DNA of 64,000 bases from an uncultured Acidobacteriota bacterium (GCA_963720545.1 OY970399.1:1152001-1216000); one strand, 5' to 3'. Counted from the stretch's first letter, positions 49,917 through 59,857 are shown. Notes: generated from the letters alone by a model not told the origin. Translations and numbers: made by a program.

Positions 49917-51236
49917 ATGGAACGCCGACGATTCAACGCCAACCTGATGATGGCCATGCCCGCAGTTGCGCTTGGGGCGCGTCCGGCGGCCGGTGCCGCG
50001 CCGCCAGCGAAGCCGCTCGTCAACGGCGATCGGCTCAACGCGCACCTTGGGGAACTCTCACAGTTCGGCAAGACGCCCGAGGGGGGGACGAGCCGCGTTG
50101 CCTACTCCGATGCCGACGTACAGGCGCGCGAGTACGCGAAGGGGCTGATGCGCGCGGCGCGGCTCGACGTTTCGGTGGATGCCGCCGGCAACATCGTCGG
50201 CCGGCGGCCAGGCACCGATGCGAATGCGAAGCCGCTGATGATCGGCTCGCACATCGACTCGGTGCCGCAAGGCGGGATGTACGACGGCCAGGTCGGCTCG
50301 ATGGGCGCGATCGAAGTGGCGCAATCGCTCGCCGAGCAGGGCATTTCCCTGAAGCACCCGCTCGAAGTGGCGATCTTCGCGAACGAGGAAGGCATCACCG
50401 TAGGCAGCAGCGCGCTTGCCGGCGGCCTGAAGCCTGAGCAGCTCGGACAGATGACGCAGAGCGGCAAGACGATCGGCGACGGCACGCGGTTCATCGGCGG
50501 CGATCCCGCGCGCGTCGCGAGCGTCGCGCGCCAGAAGGGCGACGTCGCCGGTTTCCTCGAGCTGCACATCGAGCAGGGCGGCACGCTGCAAAAGGACGGC
50601 ATCGCCATCGGCGTCGTCACCGGCATCGTCTGCGTCCACTGGTGGGACGTGGCGATCGACGGCTTCGCCAACCACGCCGGCACGACGCCGATGGACCAGC
50701 GCCACGACGCGCTGCTGGCGGCGGCGAAGTACGTCGAGGCCGTGAACCGTGTCGTGACCTCCATGCCCGGCCGACAGGTGGGCACGGTGGGAAAGCTGCG
50801 CGCCTTCCCCGGCGCCAACAACATCGTGCCCGGCAAGGTCGAGACGGTCCTCGAGCTGCGCGACCTCGATGCCGCGAAGATACCGGTGTTGTTCGAGCGC
50901 GTGCAGGAGGAGGTGCGCGCGATCGAGGCGGCGAGCGGCACGAAGTTCACGTTCACGAAGGTGAGCGGTTCGAAGCCGGCACTCTGCGACCCACGCTTCA
51001 TGGAGGCGGTCGCGTCCTCGGCGCAGGAGCTCGGCCTCTCGAACCGGCCGCTGCCGAGCGGCGCCGGCCAGGACGCACAGGAGATCGCGATTCTGTGCCC
51101 GATCGGCATGGTCTTCATCCCCAGCCGCGACGGCATCAGCCACAGCCCGAAGGAATACTCGAAGCCGGAGGACATCACGAACGGCGCCAACGTGTTGCTG
51201 CGGGCGCTGCTGAAGCTGGACGGGATGAACCTCTAA
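49917..51236 (+). CDS. M20/M28-type Zn hydrolase (N-carbamoyl-amino-acid amidohydrolase/allantoate amidohydrolase family)
   Basis: GSHIDSV, NEEG, ELHIEQG, NHAGTTPM, SGAG.DA, GISHSP; RRRF Tat-like signal. Confidence 0.9.
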   Translation: MERRRFNANLMMAMPAVALGARPAAGAAPPAKPLVNGDRLNAHLGELSQFGKTPEGGTSRVAYSDADVQAREYAKGLMRAARLDVSVDAAGNIVGRRPGTDANAKPLMIGSHIDSVPQGGMYDGQVGSMGAIEVAQSLAEQGISLKHPLEVAIFANEEGITVGSSALAGGLKPEQLGQMTQSGKTIGDGTRFIGGDPARVASVARQKGDVAGFLELHIEQGGTLQKDGIAIGVVTGIVCVHWWDVAIDGFANHAGTTPMDQRHDALLAAAKYVEAVNRVVTSMPGRQVGTVGKLRAFPGANNIVPGKVETVLELRDLDAAKIPVLFERVQEEVRAIEAASGTKFTFTKVSGSKPALCDPRFMEAVASSAQELGLSNRPLPSGAGQDAQEIAILCPIGMVFIPSRDGISHSPKEYSKPEDITNGANVLLRALLKLDGMNL

Positions 51237-52789
51237 AGGACCGGGGGCGTGCGGCGCAGCGGGCCGCGGGCTTGCTCGAAGGCGTGGGCCATCTGCAGAA
51301 CGGCGAAGTCGTGGTGGTGGCGGCCGACGATCTGCAGGCCGACCGGCAGGCCCTGCGGCGCGAAGCCCGCGGGCACCGAGATGGCCGGCAGGCCGGTGAG
51401 CGTGATCGCGTAGCAGCTCGCCATCCAGTCGATGTAGGTCGTCATCTTGACGTCGTTGATCTGGTGCACCCAGCGCTCTTCTACCGGGAACGGCAGCACC
51501 TGGGACACCGGCAGCACCAGGTAGTCGTAGCGCTCCATGAACACGCGCACCCGGTCGTAAAGCGCTCCTTGCTTCGCGAGCGCGTGCGAAACGTCGAGTC
51601 CCGACAGCTTCATGCCCTGCTCGGCATTCCAGATGACGGTGTCCTTCAGCAGCTCACGATGCGCCTTCAGGTGCTGCTCGTGGCCGGCCGCATAGCCCCA
51701 CGCGCGCAGCGCCTGGAACGCCTCATCGGCATCGGCGAAATCCGGCTCGCCGTCTTCGACCACGCAGCCGAGGTCGGTGAAGACGCCGCGCACCGAGTCG
51801 CAGGCCGCATTGACTGCGGGCTCGACGGGATAGCGGCCGAGGTTGCGGCTCCAGGCGACGCGGGTGCCCTTGAAGCTGCGCGCCAGCGGCCGGCGGAACG
51901 TTTCGCCCGCGTCCTCGAGCGCCAGCGGCGCGCGCGGGTCGGGACCGGCCATCGCCGAAAGCAGCAGCGCGACATCCTCGGCCGAGCGCCCCATGGGGCC
52001 TGAGACCGACAGCGTCGCCCACGGCAGCCGCGACGGCCAATCGGGAACACGACCCGGTGAAGGACGCAGGCCGACGACGCCGCAGAAGCTCGGCGGGTTG
52101 CGCAGCGAGCCGCCCAGGTCGCTGCCGTCCGCTATCGGCAGCATTCCTGTGGCCAGCGCCACGGCGCCGCCGCCGCTGCTGCCGCCGCAGGTCTTCGACG
52201 GGTCCCACGGGTTCCGTGTCTCGCCGAACACCTCATTGAAGGTCTGCGAGCCGGCGCCGAACTCCGGCGTGTTGGTCTTGCCGATGACGACGGCACCGGC
52301 CGCACGGATGCGCTCGACCAGAAGCTCGTCCAGCGTGGGCACATTGTCCTTGTAGATGCGCGAACCGTAGGTGGTGCGGATCCCTTTGGTGTCGACCAGG
52401 TCCTTGATGGCGATCGGCAGGCCGTGCAGCGGACCGACCGTCGCCTTGCGCGCCAGCGCGGCGTCGGCAGCGGCGGCTGCCTTGCGCGCTTCTTCCGGCA
52501 GCAGCGTCACGATTGCGTTCACCTTCGGGTTCACGCGTTCGATCTGGCGCAGGTGCGCTTCGAGCAACTCGCTCGCCGACACTTGTCGCGTGCGCACGAG
52601 GCGCGCCAGCTCGGTGGCGCTCTTGAAGCACAGCCCGGTTGAGTCGCCGCGAGCTGCCGGTGCCGCTGGTTGTGCTGCCGGTGCCTGCGCGGCTTCCGCC
52701 GTGCGTGCCACGAGCGCCACCGCCATGCCGCCGCCGGCGCGCTGCAGTGCCTCGCGGCGGCCCATCGTGTTGAGGCGTTCGTCGCTCAT
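51233..52789 (-). CDS. Amidase-signature family enzyme with Tat-like signal
   Basis: GRREAL; GKTNTPEFG, GGSSGG, GSDLGGSLR. Confidence 0.9.
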   Translation of the reverse strand: MSDERLNTMGRREALQRAGGGMAVALVARTAEAAQAPAAQPAAPAARGDSTGLCFKSATELARLVRTRQVSASELLEAHLRQIERVNPKVNAIVTLLPEEARKAAAAADAALARKATVGPLHGLPIAIKDLVDTKGIRTTYGSRIYKDNVPTLDELLVERIRAAGAVVIGKTNTPEFGAGSQTFNEVFGETRNPWDPSKTCGGSSGGGAVALATGMLPIADGSDLGGSLRNPPSFCGVVGLRPSPGRVPDWPSRLPWATLSVSGPMGRSAEDVALLLSAMAGPDPRAPLALEDAGETFRRPLARSFKGTRVAWSRNLGRYPVEPAVNAACDSVRGVFTDLGCVVEDGEPDFADADEAFQALRAWGYAAGHEQHLKAHRELLKDTVIWNAEQGMKLSGLDVSHALAKQGALYDRVRVFMERYDYLVLPVSQVLPFPVEERWVHQINDVKMTTYIDWMASCYAITLTGLPAISVPAGFAPQGLPVGLQIVGRHHHDFAVLQMAHAFEQARGPLRRTPPVL

Positions 52790-52820
52790 GGGTGCTCCGG
52801 TTGGGGCAGAATCGTACAGC

Positions 52821-53012
52821 GTGGAGAGCAACGAAGAAGAACGCGTCACTTGCCCGTACTGCGGCGAGAGCGTCGCGCTCGCCCTCGAAAGCGACGTCGC
52901 CGGCGAGTTCGTGCAGGACTGCGAGGTGTGCTGCAACCCGTGGCGGGTGCGGGTGCGTCGCCGGGGCGCGCGCCGCACCATCGACGTCAGCCGCGCGGAT
53001 GGCTCGGAGTAG
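52821..53012 (+). CDS. CPXCG-motif cysteine-rich small protein
   Basis: CPYCGE...QDCEVCCNPW. Confidence 0.85.
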   Translation: MESNEEERVTCPYCGESVALALESDVAGEFVQDCEVCCNPWRVRVRRRGARRTIDVSRADGSE

Positions 53013-53103
53013 CGGTCCCTTGTGACCGGCGACACACGCCACCGCACGATTTCTCTTTCGTTCGCGCGCAGATTCGGCTATTGTCCTCAACCAGTTTCTA
53101 GAA

Positions 53104-53685
53104 ATGCGCCGCCTTCTGTGGTTCGCTCCCCTCGTGCTTCTGATCGGGTGCGAACTGAAAACGGTCACCGAAACGGTTCCCAGCGAGCCCACCTCCGTGG
53201 GTACGCTGCCGCCGACGCCGGTCCCGACCCCCACACCGGTGCCGACGCCGACACCCCAGGCGCCCGAGCCGAACCCGAACCCGAACCCGAACCCTGAGCC
53301 GTCGTCGCCGCCCAGCCAGCCGAGCGGGTCGTGCAAGCTCCCCGCGCGCAGCAACGACAGCCCCTGTCCGCGGCTCACCGGCGGCGAGTTCGTGGACAAC
53401 ATCGAGCGCGCGCTCGAGAACCTGACGGCGAAGCAGCCCGAGCTCTTCGACTTCAACGACATCACCTGCGGCAACTGCTGGCGGATCCGCAACCACGGCA
53501 AGTACGTGAACGCCATGCTGAACCAGATGGCGAACCAGGGCGTCTGCTCCCACTGGAACGGCGAAGAGATGCAGCTGAAGGTGACGAACGACTGGTCCGA
53601 GAACTACGACATCATGACGTTCGACGGCTATGTCCGTCGCGGCTCGGGCTCGTACCGCGCCACCTGCCGGCCGGCCTCCTTCTAA
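53104..53685 (+). CDS. Lipoprotein with PT/NP-repeat linker and Cys-containing C-terminal domain
   Basis: Lipobox LIGC; PTPVPTPTP and (PN)n linker; six Cys after the linker. Confidence 0.7.
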   Translation: MRRLLWFAPLVLLIGCELKTVTETVPSEPTSVGTLPPTPVPTPTPVPTPTPQAPEPNPNPNPNPEPSSPPSQPSGSCKLPARSNDSPCPRLTGGEFVDNIERALENLTAKQPELFDFNDITCGNCWRIRNHGKYVNAMLNQMANQGVCSHWNGEEMQLKVTNDWSENYDIMTFDGYVRRGSGSYRATCRPASF

Positions 53686-53756
53686 CCTCCCCCTTCCCTT
53701 CGCCGCGCCCGCGGCGCCCGACGCTCGTGGCAGAATCGTTGCCTTCGGAGGTCGCC

Positions 53757-54215
53757 ATGAAACGTTTCAATTCCTTCAGCGCCATCGCCGCCGCCGTACT
53801 GCTCGCACTCTTCTCCGCCGCCTGCGCCGGCACCAAGCCGCCCTCGCTGATGATCGAGGGTCTCAAGTTCAACAAGCTGGGGCTGGGCGGCGCCGGCCTG
53901 AACGTGGACTTCCGCGTGCGCAACACCAACGCGCAGGATCTCCAGATCGAGAAGTTCGAATATGAGTTCAAGGTAAACGGCCACCGCCTCGGCCGCGGCT
54001 ACTACCCCGACCTCGTCAGCCTGCCCGGCTTCGGCGAGCAGCGCATCGTCTCGAAGTTCGACGTCAACTTCCTGGCCCTTCCCGGTGCCGTCAAGAACGT
54101 GCTCGACAAGGACCGCGTGAAGGCCGAGGCCAAGGGTTCCTTCTATGTGCGCGAGGGCAACGGGCTGCGCAAGCTCAACTTCAAGAGCGACGGCGACGTC
54201 GACTTGAAGAAATAA
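53757..54215 (+). CDS. LEA_2/WHy-domain lipoprotein
   Basis: GGAGG RBS; lipobox AAC; FRVRNTN..L.IEKFEY. Confidence 0.75.
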   Translation: MKRFNSFSAIAAAVLLALFSAACAGTKPPSLMIEGLKFNKLGLGGAGLNVDFRVRNTNAQDLQIEKFEYEFKVNGHRLGRGYYPDLVSLPGFGEQRIVSKFDVNFLALPGAVKNVLDKDRVKAEAKGSFYVREGNGLRKLNFKSDGDVDLKK

Positions 54216-54224
54216 AACGCGGCG

Positions 54225-55679
54225 ATGACAGCGACTCAGGCTCGACGCGGCGCGTGGACGGTTGCGGCCGCGGCGGCCCTGGCTGCGGCCATCGCGTGCG
54301 CCACCAACCCGGCAACCGGCGAGAAACAGATCATGCTGGTCAGCGAGGGCCAGGAAATCGAGATGGGCCGCCAGGCCGACGCGGAAGCGACCGCCGCGTA
54401 CGGGCTCTACCCCGACCAGAACCTCCAGGCGTACGTGTCGCAGCTCGGCAAGCGGATGGCGGTGCAGAGCGAGCGGCCGAACCTGCCCTGGAGCTTCAAG
54501 GTGGTGGACGATCCGGCCGTCAACGCGTTCGCGCTGCCGGGCGGCTACATCTACGTCACTCGCGGCATCATGGCGCACCTGCGGAGCGAGGCCGAGCTGA
54601 TGGGCGTGGTGGGCCACGAGATCGGCCACGTGACCGCGCGGCATTCGGCGAGCGCCATCAGCCGGCAGCAGCTCGCGATGGGCGGGCTGGTGCTGGGCAT
54701 GATCGTGAAGCCGGAGCTGCAGCGCTTCGGCGGCCTGGCGCAGCAGGGCCTCGGCGTCCTGTTCCTCAAGTTCGGGCGCGACCAGGAAATCCAGGCCGAC
54801 GATCTCGGCCTGCGCTACATGACGCGCCAGGCGTACGACCCGAAGGAGATGGTCGAGGTCTTCAACGTGCTCGACCGCGTGAGCGGCCAGGCGAGCGACC
54901 GGCTCCCCGACTGGCTCTCGACCCACCCGAGTCCGGGGAACCGGGTGGACAACATATCGAAGGAGATCGCGCGCACCGGCGTCAAGGGCAATGTCGTGCG
55001 GCGCAACGAGTATGTTCGCTATCTCGACGGCATGGTGTTCGGCGACAACCCGCGCGACGGTTATTTCATGGACACCGCCTTCTACCACCCCGACCTGCAT
55101 TTCCAGCTGCGTTTTCCGCAAGGCTTCAAGGTGCAAAACGGACGCGACGCGGTGGTGGGCGTGAGCGCGCAGCAGGACGCCGTGGTGGCGCTCGGGCTCG
55201 CGCAGGGCACTTCCCCGGAACAGGCCGCGAAGGTTTTCTTCCAGCAGGAGGGGGTCGATGCGGGGCGCTCGGGACGCGACACGATCAACGGCCTGCCGGC
55301 CTACACCGCGTTCTTCACGGCCACGACCGACCAGGGATCGCTGCGCGGCCAGGCCACGTGGGTGACGTTCGAAGGCAAGCTGTTCCGGCTCATGGGCTAC
55401 TCGTCCGCCGAGCGTTTCGTGTCGTACCAAAACGCGGTCGACGGGACCCTGCGCAGCTTCGCGCGCCTCACCGACCCCCGCTACCTGAACGTCGAGCCGA
55501 AGCGGCTGGCGCTCGTCAACCTCGACCGGGGCCTGTCGGTCGGCGACTTCGCACGCACCTACCCGTCCACGGTGAAGCTCGAGACGCTCGGGCTGATCAA
55601 CGGCGTCGTCGGCAACGGCCTCATCGCGACCGGGCCGGCGAAGCGCGTGGTCGGCGGCCGGCTGCCCGGCGAACAATAA
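54225..55679 (+). CDS. M48 family metalloprotease lipoprotein (BepA-like)
   Basis: ACATNPATG; NAFALPGG; HEIGH; QE..AD; LSTHP. Confidence 0.9.
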   Translation: MTATQARRGAWTVAAAAALAAAIACATNPATGEKQIMLVSEGQEIEMGRQADAEATAAYGLYPDQNLQAYVSQLGKRMAVQSERPNLPWSFKVVDDPAVNAFALPGGYIYVTRGIMAHLRSEAELMGVVGHEIGHVTARHSASAISRQQLAMGGLVLGMIVKPELQRFGGLAQQGLGVLFLKFGRDQEIQADDLGLRYMTRQAYDPKEMVEVFNVLDRVSGQASDRLPDWLSTHPSPGNRVDNISKEIARTGVKGNVVRRNEYVRYLDGMVFGDNPRDGYFMDTAFYHPDLHFQLRFPQGFKVQNGRDAVVGVSAQQDAVVALGLAQGTSPEQAAKVFFQQEGVDAGRSGRDTINGLPAYTAFFTATTDQGSLRGQATWVTFEGKLFRLMGYSSAERFVSYQNAVDGTLRSFARLTDPRYLNVEPKRLALVNLDRGLSVGDFARTYPSTVKLETLGLINGVVGNGLIATGPAKRVVGGRLPGEQ

Positions 55680-55740
55680 GTACAGTCCCCGACAACCTTC
55701 GCGGCGGCGCCGGCGTCCCACCTCCAACAGTGGAGGCAAA

Positions 55741-58200
55741 GTGTCCCTGATCGACGACCTGCGCACCGACGTCGTGCGGTCTGCCCGCAACCTGCTGCGC
55801 AGCCCCGGGTTCGCGGCCACCGCGGTGGTCACACTGGCGCTCGGCATCGGCGCCAACAGCGCGATGTTCAGCGTCCTGAAAGCGGTGGTGCTGCGGCCGC
55901 TCCCCTATCAGGACGCGTCGACGCGCGTGATGATCTGGAACCGCTGGGTCGGCTTCGACAAGACGTGGGTGTCCGACCTCGAGACCGCCGACTACAAGCG
56001 CCTGTGCCCGAGCATCGCGGACGTCGCCGCGTGGTCGAGCGATCAGGCAAACCTCACCGGCGACGGCGACCCGGTGCGCGTCGGCGTCGCTTCGATCACG
56101 CCGAACACGTTCTCGGTTCTTGGCGCCGAGCCGCTCCTCGGCCGGGCGTTCATGCCGGGCGACGAGCGGCGCACGAACGAACTGGCGGTGCTCGGGTTCG
56201 GGTTGTGGCAGAGCCGCTTCGGCGGTGATGCCTCGATCGTCGGCCGCAGCCTGCTGGTCGATGGCCGTGCGCGCACCATCATCGGCGTCATGGGCCCCGA
56301 TTTCCGCCTGCCCACCGACTACGGCGTGGACGCCACCGAGCCGACGTCGCTGTGGACACCGTACCAGCTCGACCTGAGCGCGATGGACCGCGGCAACCAT
56401 GGGCTCTACGCCGCGGCGCGGCTTGCGCCCGGCGCGACTGTCGAGCGCGCGAACGCCGAGCTTGCCGCTGCCACCGCCAACCTCACGGCTGCCGGCTTGT
56501 ATCCCGCGGCGATGAAGTTCACCGCCGTCGCGGTGCCGCTGCGGGAACAGGTCCTGGGCGACGTGGAGCGGCCGATGGCGCTGTTGTTCGGCGCGGTGAC
56601 ACTGTTGCTGCTGATCGCCTCGGCCAACGTCGCGAGCCTGCTGCTGGCCCGCGCCGAAGTGCGCGAGCGCGAGACAGCGCTGCGCGTCGCACTCGGCGCG
56701 GGCATGGGCAGGCTGCTGCGCCAGCTGGTCGCCGAGGGCCTGGTGCTGGCGCTGCCGAGCGCGCTGGCGGCGCTGGCGGTCGCCTGGGGCGGCCTGCGGT
56801 TCCTGCAGGCGCTCTCGATCGAAGGCATCCCGCGCGTGGGTGAAGCGCGCATCGACGCGGCAGTCCTCGGCTTCACGCTGGTGGCTTCGGTGGTGGCGCT
56901 CGTGCTCTTCAGCCTCGGCCCGGCGCTGCGCGCGCGGCGGATCAACCTCGTCGAGTCGCTGCGCGAGGCCGGCACGCAGGCAACCGTCGGCGGGCGCGGC
57001 ATGCGCCTGCGCAGCCTCATCGTGGTCTTCGAAGTGGCCCTTTCGGTGATGCTGCTGGTGGGCGCGTCGCTCCTGATCCGCAGCCTGCGCGTGCTGCAGC
57101 AGGTGGACGTCGGCTTCGAGCCGCACGCGGTCCTCACCGCGCGCCTGTCGCTGCCCGAAGTCGGTTACGAGCAGCCGGAGAAGATCGTCGCCTTCTACGA
57201 ACGGCTCGTCGCCGGCGTGCGCGAGTTGCCCGGTGTGTCGCAAGCCGGCCTCGTGCGCCTGCTGCCGCTCGGCGCGCCGATCGGCGACTGGGGTGTGGAC
57301 GTCGAAGGCTATGTGGAGACGCCTGGCAGCAACGCGAAGGGCGACTGGCAGGTGGCGACCGACGGCGCCATCGAGGCGCTCGGGGAGCGCGTGGTGCGCG
57401 GCCGGACGTTCGCCCGCACCGACACCAGCGCTTCGCAGATGGTGGCGCTCGTGAACGAAACCATGGCGCGCGCCTACTGGCCTGGGCGCGACGCCATCGG
57501 TGGGCGGTTTCGGATGGGATCGAACCAGGAGCGCGGGTGGTTCACGGTGGTCGGCGTGCTGAAGGACATTCGCCACAACGGCGTGACCGAGCCGATCAAG
57601 ACCAGCTTCGTCGTGCCGCATTCGCAGTTTCACAAGGAAGTCGGCTTCGCGCCGCGGACGATGCAACTGGTGGTCAAGGCGGCTGACGGGAGCGATCCCA
57701 TGGCGCTGGTCGCGCCGGTGCGCGGGGTCGTGCGCGCGCTCGATGCGTCGGTGCCGGTTGCGGCGGTACGGTCGATGGACGACGTGGTGGCTGCCGCCTT
57801 GTCCACTGCGCGGCTCGCCGGCTTCATGCTGGCGTTGTTTGCCGCACTGGCACTGGTGCTGTCGGTCGTCGGCATTTACGGGCTGCTTGCGTACCTGGTG
57901 AACGAGCGCCGGCACGAGATCGGGATTCGCCTGGCCGTCGGCGCAGGTGGGGCCGACGTGTTGCGCCTGGTGCTCGCGTCGGGGCTCAAGCTCACGCTGG
58001 TTGGTATTGCCTTCGGTGCCGTGGGCGCGTTTGCCATGGCGCGGTTGCTGGGCAGCCTGCTGCACGAGATCGCGCCGCACGACCCGTTCACGTTCAGTGC
58101 GGCGCCCCTCCTGTTCCTGACGGCGGCGGCGATGGCGTGCTGGCTCCCCGCCTGGCGCGCGTCGCGCACCGACCCGGTCGCGGCTTTGCGAACGGATTAG
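55741..58200 (+). CDS. ADOP/MacB-type duplicated ABC permease
   Basis: TLALGIGANSAMFS; RETALRVALGA and HEIGIRLAVGA; DPVAALR. Confidence 0.9.
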   Translation: MSLIDDLRTDVVRSARNLLRSPGFAATAVVTLALGIGANSAMFSVLKAVVLRPLPYQDASTRVMIWNRWVGFDKTWVSDLETADYKRLCPSIADVAAWSSDQANLTGDGDPVRVGVASITPNTFSVLGAEPLLGRAFMPGDERRTNELAVLGFGLWQSRFGGDASIVGRSLLVDGRARTIIGVMGPDFRLPTDYGVDATEPTSLWTPYQLDLSAMDRGNHGLYAAARLAPGATVERANAELAAATANLTAAGLYPAAMKFTAVAVPLREQVLGDVERPMALLFGAVTLLLLIASANVASLLLARAEVRERETALRVALGAGMGRLLRQLVAEGLVLALPSALAALAVAWGGLRFLQALSIEGIPRVGEARIDAAVLGFTLVASVVALVLFSLGPALRARRINLVESLREAGTQATVGGRGMRLRSLIVVFEVALSVMLLVGASLLIRSLRVLQQVDVGFEPHAVLTARLSLPEVGYEQPEKIVAFYERLVAGVRELPGVSQAGLVRLLPLGAPIGDWGVDVEGYVETPGSNAKGDWQVATDGAIEALGERVVRGRTFARTDTSASQMVALVNETMARAYWPGRDAIGGRFRMGSNQERGWFTVVGVLKDIRHNGVTEPIKTSFVVPHSQFHKEVGFAPRTMQLVVKAADGSDPMALVAPVRGVVRALDASVPVAAVRSMDDVVAAALSTARLAGFMLALFAALALVLSVVGIYGLLAYLVNERRHEIGIRLAVGAGGADVLRLVLASGLKLTLVGIAFGAVGAFAMARLLGSLLHEIAPHDPFTFSAAPLLFLTAAAMACWLPAWRASRTDPVAALRTD

Positions 58201-58202
58201 TC

Positions 58203-58343
58203 CTCTGAGGGCGGTAGTCCGTCAGCTTCCGCCCGAAGAGGTTGTCCGTTTCTCTGAGGGCGGCTGTCCGTTAGCTTTCGCCCGAAGAGCCTCAGAGCCC
58301 GTTGTTTCGTTGCCGTTGTTTCGTTGCCGTTGTTCCGTTGTCC
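58203..58343. repeat. Two 38-bp imperfect direct repeats followed by a 14-bp tandem repeat
   Basis: CTCTGAGGGCGG..GTCCGT.AGCTT.CGCCCGAAGAG at 58203-58240 and 58252-58289; (GTTGTTTCGTTGCC)x2 plus a degenerate third copy from 58301. Confidence 0.9.
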
Positions 58344-58374
58344 GCAGCCGAAGAGTCTCCCCGCTCGCTATCGT

Positions 58375-58398
58375 TTCACTGTGTCCGGACACAGTGAA
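58375..58398. repeat. Perfect 24-bp palindrome TTCACTGTGTCCGGACACAGTGAA
   Basis: Read directly; related copies at 59057-59077, 59431-59442, 59896-59912. Confidence 0.9.
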
Positions 58399-58479
58399 CG
58401 TCTCGCCGGGTCCTTTCTGTTCGAACTCGCCCGCTCACCCGGACCCATTGCGACCTGCCCCGCCCCTAACCTTCGGTGC

Positions 58480-59853
58480 ATGGAACAAGCGCGCCTCGTG
58501 CACTCGCTCACCGACGACGAACTGCTGCGCCGCGTCATCGTCCTCACCGCCGAGTCGCGCAGCGGCGAGTCCGAACTCGTGGCCCATCTCGCGGAAGTCG
58601 ACGCCCGCAAGCTGTTCGCGCGCGAGTCGTGCGCCACCATGTTCGGCTACTGCACAACAGTCCTGCACTTGTCCGAGTCCGAGGCATTCCTTCGTATCCG
58701 TGCGGCGCGCGCCTCGCGCCGCTTTCCGCTCATCCTCACCATGCTCGGCGATGGCCGGCTGCACCTCAGCGGCATCGCCATCCTCGTTCCGCACCTCACC
58801 ATCGACAACGCGGCGGCGGTTCTCACGCGCGCAACACACAAGACGAAGCGCCAGGTGGCAGAGTTGATCGCTGCGCTCGCGCCCCAACCCGACGTGCCGC
58901 CAGTCATCCGCAAGCTGCCCACAACCTTTGGCGATGCGGCCGATCGCGCAGTCACAACGACAACTAGAGTTTCGAATGGCGTTGAAATCGGCACCTCGAG
59001 TGGAGTTGAAGTTGGAGTTGACGCCGCGAGTGGAGTTGGCGTTGGCGCCGACTACGCACTACGTCCGGACACAGTGACGCCTTTGCCGCCGCCCTTATCG
59101 TTCGACTCCACGGCAGCACCGACCGCGCGCGTGAATCCTCGCGCTTCGAATTCGGCGCCGGTCGTCCAGCCGTTGTCGCCGAATCGCTACAAAGTCCAGT
59201 TCACGGCGAATGCGTCGCTCAAGGCGAAGCTCGAACGCCTGCAGGCGCTGATGCCGGGGCGCGACCTCGCGGATGCGCTCGAGGTGGCGGTGACCGAGAA
59301 GCTGGAGCGCATCGAGGCCAAGAGGTTCGGCAAGACAAAAGCCCCGCGAACCGTGCCGCGGTCCATCGCAAAGGCCAGTGCGGCGGCCGCGCCGACGCCG
59401 GGACGAATGGGCAGGTCGAGGAACAGCATGGTGTCCGGGCAGACGACCATCGCATCAGCTCCGGCGACGACCGGGGCGTGGCCTGAGACGATGACTGGCT
59501 CGTCGTCTGAAACCTCTGTTGGCGCGCCCCGTGATGCGATTCATCCGCTGGCGGTTGCGCAGCCGGTGACTGTTGCCGGTTCGCGATACATACCTGCTTC
59601 GGTGCGCCGGGCGGTCTGCGAGCGCGACGGCGACCGTTGCCGATTCGTCAACAGGAACGGGCAGCGGTGCGCGGAGCGCAACAACCTCGAGTTCCATCAT
59701 CGCCATCCGTACGCACATGGCGGCGGCAACGACGCGGGCAACATCCGCCTGATGTGCCGCACCCACAACGCCTACCTGGCGGAAGCCGACTACGGCCGCC
59801 AAGCGATGGCGAAGTTCCGACGGTCGGAGAAGCAGATCGGGGGTGTCACATGA
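58480..59853 (+). CDS. DUF222-like protein with C-terminal HNH endonuclease domain
   Basis: LVAHLAEVDARKL N-domain; RYIPASVRRAV.ERDG.RC..C..LEFHH..GG..NIRLMC..HN. Confidence 0.85.
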   Translation: MEQARLVHSLTDDELLRRVIVLTAESRSGESELVAHLAEVDARKLFARESCATMFGYCTTVLHLSESEAFLRIRAARASRRFPLILTMLGDGRLHLSGIAILVPHLTIDNAAAVLTRATHKTKRQVAELIAALAPQPDVPPVIRKLPTTFGDAADRAVTTTTRVSNGVEIGTSSGVEVGVDAASGVGVGADYALRPDTVTPLPPPLSFDSTAAPTARVNPRASNSAPVVQPLSPNRYKVQFTANASLKAKLERLQALMPGRDLADALEVAVTEKLERIEAKRFGKTKAPRTVPRSIAKASAAAAPTPGRMGRSRNSMVSGQTTIASAPATTGAWPETMTGSSSETSVGAPRDAIHPLAVAQPVTVAGSRYIPASVRRAVCERDGDRCRFVNRNGQRCAERNNLEFHHRHPYAHGGGNDAGNIRLMCRTHNAYLAEADYGRQAMAKFRRSEKQIGGVT

Positions 59854-59857
59854 CGTT

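Noticed and set aside
58203..58398. Repeats as a CRISPR array
   Set aside because: Only two 38-bp units with an 11-bp gap, no unique 30-40 bp spacers and no cas genes in the window
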